A stretch of DNA of 64,000 bases, taken from Rhina ancylostomus. Lineage: Eukaryota. The stretch lies in NCBI GenBank assembly GCA_030265395.1, contig JARFYF010000074.1, positions 24,575,770 to 24,639,769 of the forward strand, given 5' to 3'. Made by a program: the position numbers and the translations under genes. The notes under the pieces are model-generated. The model had not been told where the DNA came from, did no database searches, and saw only the letters and a program-made list of their open reading frames with translations. Shown here piece after piece: positions 52,562-64,000 of the stretch (positions are counted from its first letter, which is position 1; every line of letters begins with the position of its first letter).

Positions 52562-53268
52562 AAATAGAGTTATGGCGTTGGACAGCATAGAAGAAGGTCC
52601 TTCAGCCTAACTTGTCCCTGCTGATCAATGTGCCTTCCTGAGCTGGTCCCATTGGTCTGCATAGGGCCTATCTCCCTTTGAACCTTTTGTATCCATGAAC
52701 TTGTCAAAATTTCTTTTAGATATTGCAATTATACCCACCTCTGCCCCTTCCCTAGGCAGATCATTCCACACACTCACCACCCTCTGTGTGAAAAAGTTGC
52801 CCCTCAGATCCCTTTTAAATTTGCCCTCTCTCACCTTAAACCAATGCCCTCTTGTTTAGACTATTGTACCCTGGGAAAAAGACTGTGACCATCCACTTTA
52901 TCTGTGTCCCTCATGATTTTATAAACCTCAATAAGGCCACCCCTCAGCCACCTTCACTCCAGGTAGTGGTGTCCCAACCTGTCCAGTCTCCCCTTATAAC
53001 TCAAGCTCACCAGTCTGGCAACATCCTTATGATTCTTTTCAGCACCTTCCCTGGCTTAATCATATCCTTCCTCTTGTATTGTGAGCAGAACTGCACACAA
53101 AATTCCATGTGTGGTCTCACCAATATCTTGTTCAGCTGTAACATGACATTCCAGTTTTTGTACACAGTGCCCATCCGATGAAGGCAAGCATGCCATACAC
53201 ATTCTTTTTCTTGTCTACCTGTGTTGCCACTTTCAGGGGACTATTTACTTGTACTCCATGGTTTCTCA
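52562..53268 (-). mobile_element. CR1 LINE 3' fragment
   Basis: ORF 52625..52834 (KFKRDLRGNFFTQRVVSVWNDLP) is the CR1 ORF2 terminus. Confidence 0.9.
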
Positions 53269-53329
53269 AAATGTATAAGAAGCCAATGTTGGTGGGTTTC
53301 TGAGAATTGTTGAATTGGAGGAAGAATCA

Positions 53330-54030
53330 GAAATAGTCAACTCAGGTGGATTTGGATGAGCATTTTAAAACTGACACATTGACAGGCTAGATTTTGAACA
53401 TGATGTGAATCAGTGAACAGGACTTGCATTGGGATATGGGCAGCACAGTTTTGGAGGAGCCATCTTCAACAGGAATGGATTCATCGTGAGGGAAAGGAAT
53501 TTATTGCATGAACCAAAGGCAATGGCTTTTATTTTTCCAGTACTCAGGAGGAAATGCCAGCTGACCTGTTGCTAGAAGTTATACAAAGAGCAGAACAAAT
53601 CAGAGACCATGGTAGGGCCTGAAGAGGTGGTGTAGAGATAGAGCTATAAATGTGGAACCCATAGAGTTTTTGGATGGTATTACCAGGGATTCCTACAGAT
53701 GAGAAATAAAAGGCTCCATTGGGTGGTGTGAGACTTGGTGGTGTGCAGAATAAATCTTTGGGTGACTCCAGTAGTCATTTGTGCAAAGAACAAGAAGGTG
53801 AAGAATTGTAGATGGTGCTCCATCCAGACTGATGTGAGNNNNNNNNNNNNNNNNNNNNNNNNNNNNNNNNNNNNAGGGTAGTGTGGTTGGAGGAAAATGT
53901 TCAAACTGCACAGGCAGGTTGAGATGACTAAAGAGGTTGAGGGCTTCACTGACACAGTCATACAAAATGTCTTGTGAGGGTGGAAGAATTAGAACTGAAT
54001 CAAAGTTATAAGGGAGTCCATATTTTGGAT
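53330..54030 (-). mobile_element. Decayed L2-like LINE RT region
   Basis: GAAGAGGTGGTGTAGAGATAGAGCT...ATGTGGAACCC resembles the antisense of an FHMYADDTQLY-type region, with deletions. Confidence 0.5.
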
Positions 54031-54504
54031 TTTAAATGTTTCAAGAATTATATGTACAAGAAATTAACACAATCTGCAAATTTCAAACTTTTTCAGTTCC
54101 TTGATAAGTGACAGGATCAAGTCCTCCAGGTTAAGAGAGCCACAATTTAGATTCAAGTGAGGCAAGCTATAGGTATGATGCAGAACAAAGTTTCCCTAAA
54201 TCATTTTATAAAATACTCCCTGAGCAAACGCATTGTGAGTTGAATAAATAATAAAACTGCCTCTGCACAATTATTATTCCATCATTATAATTAAAGATGA
54301 AATTATTGCCTATCATATAATTTAAAAATAAATAAATAAAACATGCCAAACATATCCATTTAAGAGAAATATAATCAAGCACTTTAATCTTAATAGCTTT
54401 TAATTAAACTGATTAGAATATAACAAAAGTAATCAAACTGATGTAAATTTATTGCCATGACACCCCTCCCCCCCAACAAAACGATCTCCAACAATATTCT
54501 AATA

Positions 54505-54970
54505 AAGACTTGCATTTATCTCTTTCATATACTTGTCTCTTTCAGGATACCTCAAAGTGGCTTATAGTCAATGACATATTATTTTGGAGTGTAGTTCCTG
54601 TTGTAATGAAGGAAACGTCCACCTCCCCACAAATTGCACTGTGATCATGACCAGATAACCTAATTTTTAAGTAATGTTGAGTAAAGGATAAATATTGGTC
54701 ATTGCTCTTGGACTATCTCCCCTAATTTAAAAAAAAATGGGTCCATTGGGTCTTTAACAGCCCTTCCTTTCACTAAAAAGCATATAGAACCATGATTTCA
54801 TATCTCATCTCAAATGTATCACATCTAATTTTGTAGTGCTAACTTGGTATTGCACTGAAGTGTCGGCCTAGTATTTGGTGGTTCTATTTTTTTGTCCCAC
54901 TGAAGTAGGACATTAAACTGCAAAATTCAGACAAAGAGATATGAATGGTACCAAATGAATCACAGTGATA
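54505..54970 (-). mobile_element. Deu-domain SINE with L2-like tail
   Basis: GGATAAATATTGG.CA; TGGGTCTTTAAC; ATCTCATCTCAAA; GTATTGCACTGAAGTGTC are the antisense of the Deu core; tail ACTTGCATTTAT. Confidence 0.65.
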
Positions 54971-57900
54971 AGTTAATCACATGAACAATGCAATTCTTAC
55001 ATTCCACATCAACAGAATTTGAGATTTAAGCTTACAGCAATGTAAGTATTAATGCAGTATATTAGCACTGAAAATCCATCAACAAATTATGTATAAATTA
55101 AATAAAATTACTTTCACTATCCTACCTATATAATTAAAAGTTTTGTGCCTGGCATATGCCCAATTTCATGATAGTGTGTGATAAAGCAGCTGCAGTGTGT
55201 ACGTACCCTATGTGTCACACAAGGTTTGTTGGCTAGTTCAAATTTCATAGTCATCAAAATGCATCAATCAATAATATTTAAAATATTCACAGAAGTGCAG
55301 TTTACTGCATGCAAATAAAGACATATTTAGCTGTATCAGCATGGTGAATACTTAATTGGTCTTGAATTTTTGCCTCATCTGCTGTAACAGTTCAGGGAAC
55401 AGGCTGCACTGCATTTTGAAATGTGAGTGGTTCCTTCTGCTTTAGTTAGGCGACTGGCCAGAGAGCTTGTCCTATGGATTAGAAAATCCATTGAGAGATT
55501 ATCTCTTACAAGGCAGCAGCTCACCATTAATAGTGATAGAAAGGTGAACTAATTATTCACAATGATATGATCAAGAAATGTGGACAATGCAGCTCCTTTT
55601 AATGCTAAGCAGCAGATGGTCTTCTTGTGTGAGCTACAACAGACACTGTAACTGTACTTGGGGTCGCTGTCCATCTTCTTGTCAAAGCACAAGCTCCACT
55701 TGAAAAATAGGAAGTGAAAATGCAATAAATCCTGCATTAAGATAATTAATAATAATATAATTTGATTTGCAAATCATAACAAATTAATGAAAATATATCC
55801 ATGGGTCTGAGTAACAAATCTGCATTTGTTTTGTTTGATTGTTTAATTAATGATATGTCTTTTTTTGCAGTTTTAGACATGGCTCATTTACTGCTCTTAA
55901 CCTTATATCAAAGTTAATTATTGAAACAATTTGCACATCTACTATCATACATTTGTGGAAATACATACTTTTAAAGACATCTGCAATTATTTTTCAAATA
56001 TGTTGATGTGCAACTTGTACCATTTAAATTAATAAATTAATAGATTTGCTTTAAAATCACCTGTGCTGCTATTCATTTTCAATGAAGGTTTTCTGTGACT
56101 GTGGCAGACTACTTCTGGCAAGACAGAACCTCATGAATAAATCAGGATTTTCTCCTTTTCCATTGCATGATTTTGCTGAGATGCGATTTTCATCATTTAA
56201 GTGGAAATAATGGTTACAGGAACATTTCTTGTGGAGAATGATATTTGTGTTGAGCCATCTTTTCAATTGATGATGTTAAAGATTTGCTAAAGTGAGGTTC
56301 GTAAACATAAAATGTGTCTTAAATGCCTTCGTCTGCTGATTTGGTTCCTTTATTGTGCCATGTATTAGTTTAAGAAAAAGAAGCCTTTCTCTTCCTGCTT
56401 GAGGTCAGTGAGCTTCTCAAATTATAACCAGTCTATTAAAAACAATTGTGTACTTTTTAAAACATCAAATTTTTTAGGGCTTGAGTGAATGATGAACATT
56501 TAAGTAAATATGTTGTGCTGGTAACTTTTTATTTCGAAGGGAGAACTACTCTCTGTCATTTCCATCATAGTGACATTATATGAGTTACATGGTGACACAT
56601 TTTCACCAAAGATTTATGCCTGTGCATTGTACATATGTAAACAAATGAATGCTTGCCAGACACTTTTCTATCAAGTTGACACCCCTTTAAAAGAGGCATA
56701 CATACCGTCAGCACTCCTTTTAACTAGCAATATTTACAGAGAATTCTAATTAACTTTATGTCTTTTTTTGCTTCTTTCTACCTGCCTCTGTTAAATATTT
56801 CACAGAATGGTAAGGACTTTACTGGTGGATCTGGCTTGAAGGAATTATCAGTATTTAGGGGAGTAGAATTAATGTCAGCAGGGATACAATCATTAACTCC
56901 AAGTGTTTCACTTATTGTGCCATTTAATCTGTGTGGTAATGCAACATTTTACACTGGTGGACTGAATATTTATTTCCATTTGGTTCCCTCAACCATAATT
57001 CCATGTAGACAATTTAAACAGATTTTTCAGAAATAGATAGAAACAAACTGAAGGATGTTAACATGAATCACAGTTCCTTTGTAACCTTTTTTTAAAAGCG
57101 GTCTGAATGGTTAGACTCCCTCTTTAAATGCCAGTTGCCATTCATTAGTACAACTGCTGAGGCTCTCCAGATACTACTGAACTAAGATCAGCTTCTGCAA
57201 CATGTGTCCCCCTCCCATGCATACTTGTGTCAAAGGCAAACATTGTAATTCTGTCTCTGATCTCATCAAGGTCACTTGTGCAGATTCTGAGCTGTATCTG
57301 GGGAATCCTACTGTTTCACTACAACTCCTTTGGTGTCCATGTATAATTTTGCTTCCTTTTTGTTGGGTCACTCTTCTGTTCACTAGTACTGTGATCCCTC
57401 AGCTCTCTGCAATCAGAGCTATTTTGTCAGGTGCCTTTATATAGCATTTACTGCAATGCTCATGTCTACTGATATTTTGATATCGACAGAAGAATCTACT
57501 AAATTGGTAAATTGCAATCATCTGCTCATAAATACATTATATGTCTCATGAATCATATTTCCTTTGGCTCAGATATATAGGTAATGTACCTCAAAGTAAT
57601 CTGTAAATTTTTATTGCTCCTGATGGCTGTCTAAGTAGCTTAAAATATCCAAGGTCATGTCTGTGTCATTTTTGGGTGAAATATTAAAAACATATGTTTT
57701 TGGATATCATCCCAATTCTTTTCGAGCTCTTAATTACTTTGAATGGATCACTGCTACCTATCCTCTATTTTCTAAATGGGAAACTGCAGTAAATTTATTG
57801 ATCAGTATTTAAACTAGTTATAGTCACCCTGAAATAAAAAGGACATAACAAACCCCTTCAATTAAACATTTTTATTTTCTATTGTCCTTATCCGTTTGCA

Positions 57901-59005
57901 CATGTACTGGAACTAAAGGCTATTAATGTCAATATGTGGAATAAGGGAAGGAAGAGTTTGGCTTGACCTGACTGAATAATTCATTACCAATAATTCACAA
58001 TTAATTATTAACAAACTGTCTACTTCCAAAATAGAAATGGTGGGTTGGTATGGGGTTGGAATAAAATTACTATATATTTAAAATATTAATTCATCTTTTA
58101 TCTGATGTGAGGATGGCAGAGCAATGAGTAAAAGTTAGTTAAATAGATCTCAAGTTAAAAAATAAGATAAATTCTGATGATGGGTATTATGGGTTTCTTA
58201 ACCAGATAAAAGTGGGATTTGGAATGTTAAAAGTTGTTGTAGCAACTATTACCTGGATAGTATCAAGAAACAAGTATGATTCATGAAAGGCAATTTGGAT
58301 TAATGAACAGAAGATTGTTTTAGGATGTGAAATTGCATGCACACAGGAGGATTCCAATACTGTCAGGATCAAGCATAACTGAACTGGCTGCAACAAGGTT
58401 CAATATACATTAAGTTTCTCCCACATTGTTCAGTGAAGTTTCTTTCTGGAAGAATATCCTTAAGTTTTTACTTTAAGAAACACAAGGCTGCTAATATTTT
58501 GTGAACTGTGGTGTTTTGTCCATGAATAAAAACAAATGTAGTCATATTGACATACTGCATCTCCATTACATCAGGACACCTTTATTCTCTGTTGCTTCCT
58601 TGTCAACAAAGCAAATTGGTGTCCGTATGGTAGCTCTGAAAACCTCACCACCTGGCACACATGGAGATAAACTTTGTTTTTATGTTTTGGCAATGATTAA
58701 TAAAATTATGTAAATTTCCATGAAAAATGAACATAATTTTAAGCTACAAATGGAAGTAAGTTCATTGTGCAGATACTTCAACTCCTGTGATTATTTTCTT
58801 CCATTATCACCTCTCAGTTATGTGCTTATTAGCACATTATTCTGCAGAATAATAAGCTTCTTAAACCAAATCATCATTATTCAGGTGTTCAATTTGATTG
58901 TGGTTGTCAATAATCTGCTTGCCTTTGGTACATGTCCACACACACATATTTCAGCTGGACTCGGCAGACTTTGGAGCAGATAAGTTCTTTTTTCTTTTTA
59001 CCTTT

Positions 59006-60020
59006 AGGAAGAGCGGGGCTCAAGTGTGCAGGTGCGTGACGGCAGTGGGGGAGTGTGGAAAGTTAAAAGGCAGAGTGGGCAGCATCAGACCAGGCAGCGG
59101 AGTGAGAGGGAGCAGAGTGTCCTGGGCTTTGGCTCAAGGGGCTTCGGCTTGAGGGGGCAAGGAGGGTAAATAGCTGGTAAGTAGGTGAAGGTAAGGTTTC
59201 CCTGTTGTCTATTAAAGATTTGAAGGTGGAATTAACTGGGGGAGGGGGGAGAAAGGTAGTCAGATGGAGGACAAGGTCATATGCTGCAGTTGTTTGAAGT
59301 GGGAGCCTGTGGAACTTGCTGTGGTCCACGATGGCTACATCTGCAGTAAGTGCTTGAGGCTGGAGGAACTTCGGCTCAGAGTAGATGAGCTGGAGTCACA
59401 GCTACAAACACTGCGCAGCATCAGGGAGGGTGAGAGTTAAGTAGATACGGTACATCAGGAGACAGTCACCCCCCCTTAGAGCAGGTACTTCTGGGGTTCA
59501 GGTGTCAGATAGAATGGTGACTGTCAGGGGAGGGAAGAGGAAGAAGAAGTCAGACAGGCAGGCAGAGCAGGGAACCCCGGAGNNNNNNNNNNNNNNNNNN
59601 NNNNNNNNNNNNNNNNNNNNNNNNNNNNNNNNNNNNNNNNNNNNNNNNNNNNNNNNNNNNNNNNNNNNNNNNNNNNNNNNNNGAGTAGACAGCCAGTGCC
59701 TCTTTCCCAGGGCACTAATGTTCAAGACAAGAGGGCATGGCTTTAAGGTTATGGTTGGGAAGTTCAGGGGAGATGTCAGAGGGAGGTTTTTCACCGAGAG
59801 AGTGGTTGGTCCATGGAATGCGCTGCCTGGGGTGTTGATGGAGGCAGATACGTTGGACAGGTTCAAGAGATTGTTGGATAGGCATATGGAGGAATGTGGG
59901 ATGGAAGGCTATGTGGGAGGAAAGGGTTAGATAGTGTGAGGTGTGGTTTGATGGATGGCACAACATGATGGGCTGAAGGGCCTGTAATGTGTTGTGTTGT
60001 TCTATGGTTCTATGGTTCTA
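59006..60020 (+). mobile_element. Probably near-full-length CR1 LINE collapsed across the gap at 59583-59682 (5'UTR, ORF1 start, 3' end)
   Basis: 59264-59440 encodes MEDKVICCSCLKWE...YICSKCLRLEELRLRVDELESQLQTLRSIREGES* (CR1 ORF1 zinc finger and leucine zipper, premature stop). After the gap come TRGHGFKV..GKFRGDVRGRFFTERVVGPWNALP and a (TTCTATGG)n tail. Confidence 0.9.
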
Positions 60021-62084
60021 TATTTCCCTCCATGTCATCTAAGCTGCAAACATGTAGTCCTCATGACTATTCAGCTGTGAGAGTGAGAAACCTGACTGAT
60101 TTTCTTCTTTACAATCCAGTGATATTGAGGCAACTATGGTGATTCTTCCACCAACTTCATTGAAATCATTTACCTTAGCCAGATTATTGGATGTCTCTGA
60201 TTGATTACAAATAGAGGACCTTAGCAGAATTGTTCAGGCTTTAAAATTATCCTTTCTTATGAAACCCACTATTTAGATCACAAAATGCATCCATATACAA
60301 ATGTGCTTTATCTGGCCAATTTTATGAGTAAGAAGCAAGCTGTCACATGTACTCATGTAGACCATTTTGTCAAATACCTCACAAGACAAAGCAAAAGCAT
60401 GTAATGTGAAAGTAAACTTTTATTTGGCTTGGAATCCTGGAATTTTCGTGGATCATTTGAAATGTGCGCTTTCTTAAAGAGACTGGAAAGTGCATTCATT
60501 ATTTAAATCCTTGATTTTTTTTTACTGATTCACAGGATATGTCACATGCATTGCCCAATCCTAATTGCACTTGAGAAGGTGGCAATAAGTTACATTCTTG
60601 AACTGATGCAGTTCTGCGTGGAGGGACTTCTGCAACAAGTTGGTAGAGAGTTCCAAGATCTTGATCCAGTGATGATGAAGAAAAGCATTAACTTTCCAAA
60701 TTGAATGATATGTTCAGAAATGAAAATATTTGTAACGTTTGAAAATCTCAAATTATGTAAGATGCACATGCGCATCTTTGTGAAAGGTTAGGGAGGGAAC
60801 CACGCCAGATTCAGGTGAAAGGTATTTCAATCAAGAAAGGGCACCATTGTCCTTCAGGATGTAAGGAGGATACATCTGTTTTCAAATAATCTTGCAGAGG
60901 TTTAAGTGGGCACTCCCCTGTTGCTCAGAGTTGAATCACCTCTCTATTGCTCCAGTCAATAGCCTCTTCCATATGATGAATGCTTCAGGGCAACTTAGTC
61001 ACAGTGGAGAGCACTTTACAGTTACACATGTTTTCACCGCATCTGAAGATTTTGTTGAAGTGAAATTCTGATTGGGAGTGCCCTTTTTGAACCGTGGGTG
61101 AACATGGACCTGCAAAACATCTATGATTGTGGGCGGAAGATTACACAGACACCACCTTGATGTGAGAGTGGGTGTGAAGAATGCAGAGTCAGGAGATCAT
61201 GATGTCAATGAATATGCAATGCTCTTTTGACATAAGCCTCCTATTTCAGTGTTCAATGGTCCGACTAAAACTGTCTCTTCACACAATTGAATGATGTTCA
61301 GAAGCAGGACAGAGCTCTAACCAGTGTAAATGAAAAGGCACTTCAGCTACTTCCAGGACAATTACTTGTTGATTTCTTCTGCAGTCATTATATTTTCACA
61401 AGAAGGAGGAATCCTCTTTCAGAATTGTTTAAATCGTCTATTTTACATGTTAGTTGTTAGCTGATTATTTCTCCTGGCTGTTGCTATGATCCCAGAAGTG
61501 TGGTTGTTTCAAGCTGCAGAAATTCACAGGGAGTGATGTTGGAAAATGCTGACCAAGGTTTCTGCACAAAGCAGTTTCTTACAGGTGTGCTTACTTTAGT
61601 AGGCATCTCATATGTAGTACAGTGTAACTGGGAGAACGAGCAGAGAACACTGAGGGAGCACAAGTTGTCTGAGGAATGAGGATGGAGAAAAAAAAAACTC
61701 TCAGCAGAATGCCACATCCACCCAGGAGGTTTGCTATGTAATTCTTCCCGAATCTCAACAAGGAACTATGAGAGCCGATCCTTGGCTGACAGATATACTG
61801 TGAGCAGCTGTGCAGGAAAAGAGGTTGAGGAGAGGAAGAGAAAACAAGAAGGAGGACGAGAAAAGGAAGAAAGGAAACCTATGCAATCTCTTTCTAATTG
61901 CGCTGTCTGTGATCAACTCAAGCAACATGTGAGCAGAGGGAGTATGCTGAGGGGAAGCTGGAGGTGGAATTCAATAGGAGAAGGTTGTTTGACGTTTGGG
62001 TTTTATGTTTGGGTTTTCTACAATGCAGAAACAGAAGCCACCATAATATGACCATTCCAAATTAAGATATGAGATTTCTTTTAG

Positions 62085-62357
62085 TCACGTATACATTGAA
62101 ATACGGTGAAATGCATCTTTGCGTAGAATGTTCTGGGGGCAGCCTGCAAGTGTTGCTATGCTTCTGGTGCCAACATAGTATGCCCAAAGCTCCTAACCCA
62201 TAAGTCTTTGAAATGTGGGAGGAAAACAGAGCACCTGAGGGAACCCATGCAATTATGGGGGAACATACAAACTCCTTATAGACAACGGTGGGAATTGAAC
62301 CCGGGGTGCCAGTGCTGTAATAGCATTACGCTAACTGCTACACTACTGTGCCTGCCC
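62085..62357 (-). mobile_element. V-SINE-like element with a different 3' tail
   Basis: Same head and V domain as 35872 and 63552 (GAAATGTGGGAGGAAAAC...CAAACTCCTTA...GGGAATTGAACCC). Confidence 0.8.
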
Positions 62358-62829
62358 TTTATCAATAGATCAATCGAAAACTATTTATCAATAGATTTCA
62401 GCTATATTCCAAGCAACAGCCAAATAATTAACCTTAGTCTTTCCCTTTGTACCTTACTTGTGGGTTAGTGAGTGCTCTCTCTGGTGGCTGCAACAAGGCT
62501 ACTGGAAGGTTTCTGACTCAGTAGAGGAGACTGCAGATGGTTTAAGAGGGTGACGAGCAGCTCATGAGCTAAAAGCCATGGGTTCAGACTGCACCATCCC
62601 AGTATGAAGAACAGCACAGTTATCTGGCTGGGCGACAGATAACACAAGGGGAATGGTGGAGGGCGGGGGGAGACAAGTGCTTTCTTCTTGAAGGAGGACA
62701 GCAGATTCCTGTTGCATTCCAAAGGGAGAATAATTCCAGCAATCTTCGAAGAATGTGTGTACTGCTGTGGCACCCATCCCATAGGAATTCTCCAGAATGT
62801 GTTATTGCACATTCAACCACATAAAGCTA

Positions 62830-63185
62830 CTTTAAACTAATTTATTAAATTACAGCTGGGAGAATAAGCAGCATGTTCAGGTCAAAGCAGTGATAACAGT
62901 CCATTCACCACCCTAAACATTCATTCCATCCACTTTTTGCACTGTAGCTTCAGTGTATCATCTATAAATTCCAAAATCCAAATACAAAATCAAACATCAT
63001 CTTGATTTGGGAATATATCAGTGTTACTTCATTGTCTCTGGGTGTAGGATGCTGGAACTTCCTATCAAGCAGTATTATGGGAATATCTTCACCAGAAGGA
63101 CTGCAACAGTCCAATAAGATAACTTTCTCAGGGTTAATGGGAATGAACAGTAAATGGTGGCCCTGCCAGTAATGCCCTTATACCA
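62830..63185 (+). mobile_element. Decayed 3' part of the LINE family seen at 345-1320
   Basis: CCATTCACCACCCTAAACATTCATTCC.TCCAC; GCTGGAAC.TCCT; GGACTGCA.CAGTCCAA; tail shared with the SINE at 33568. Confidence 0.6.
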
Positions 63186-63551
63186 AAAGTGAGTAAAAAA
63201 TTTCTATTTACAAGTACCTNNNNNNNNNNNNNNNNNNNNNNNNNNNNNNNNNNNNNNNNNNNNNNNNNNNNNNNNNNNNNNNNNNNNNNNNNNNNNNNNN
63301 NNNNNNNNNNNNNNNNNNNNNNNNNNNNNNNNNNNNNNNNNNNNNNNNNNNNNNNNNNNNNNNNNNNNNNNNNNNNNNNNNNNTATGACTAGTTTTCTAC
63401 CTTTTCAGAGTTATCTTCTATTCCATGTACATCTAGATTTGTTGAGTTGCATTATCTTGTCAAACCACTGTCTATGTTCTGTAATTTAGACTTCAAATTT
63501 ATTTATTAAAAATTATTTGAAATGTATGTGAAGCTAATGTTAATTTTTTTT

Positions 63552-63777
63552 TATTTACAGTGCGGTAACAGGCCCTTCCGGCCCAACAAGTCCGTGCCAC
63601 CCATTTTTTTAAACCCATGTTAACCTACCCGTACGTCTTTGGAATGTGGGAGGAAACCAGAGCACCCACACAGACACGGGACAACATACAAACTCCTTAC
63701 AGACAGCGACGGGAATCGAACCCTGATCACTGGCGCTGTAATAGTGTAACACTAATCGCTACACTACCGTGCTGCCC
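63552..63777 (-). mobile_element. V-SINE-like element (same subfamily as 35872)
   Basis: TATTTACAG.G.GGTAACAGGCCCTTCCGGCCCAACAAGTCC tail is nearly identical to 35872; tRNA-like head GGGCAGCACGGTAGTGTAGCG. Confidence 0.87.
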
Positions 63778-64000
63778 TGATGCCGTTCCTGATAACGTTA
63801 ATTATCAGGAAGTCGAACACCCTGAGTGTTCCTATCACAGGATAAATTTTAGAAAGAGAAATGAAAAACCTAAGTTAATTTTTTCTGGTACCAATGAATC
63901 TTCTGAGATTTCCCACCAAATTTTGCTTTTTCTTCTGAATATTTGACTGAATCTTTCTTATGAAGGAACAATCTGTTATGTCAAGAGAGTCTGGTACACT

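Noticed and set aside
61731-62051. 106-aa charged ORF
   Set aside because: Low-complexity purine-rich tract with no splice or homology support.

Overview
Eukaryotic genomic DNA from a draft assembly with several N gaps. It is AT-rich, and the repeat families (CR1, L2, Rex/Babar LINEs, V-SINE-like and Deu-domain SINEs, LTR relics) look like a cartilaginous fish; that taxon call is an inference. The only protein-coding gene I can support is the paired-like K50 homeobox gene Pitx1 on the minus strand. It has three coding exons (14057-13913, 13138-12933, 11175-10627) that splice in phase to a 299-aa protein. The rest is the Pitx1 regulatory landscape: three visibly CpG-retaining domains (about 1.5-15.9 kb, 20.4-23.9 kb, 46.3-52.1 kb) and repeat-laden gene desert. 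Points of most interest: (1) this Pitx1 keeps a Pitx2/3-type C-terminal tail, has a proline-substituted OAR motif and has lost the first ATG; (2) a distal promoter-like module about 36 kb upstream has minus-strand exon candidates phase-compatible with the homeobox exon; (3) two LTRs share one 5-bp target-site duplication but enclose only CR1 debris; (4) short hammerhead-ribozyme-like inserts, one with a perfect 14-bp TSD. Repeat boundaries are approximate, family names come from recalled consensus similarity, and no database search was run.
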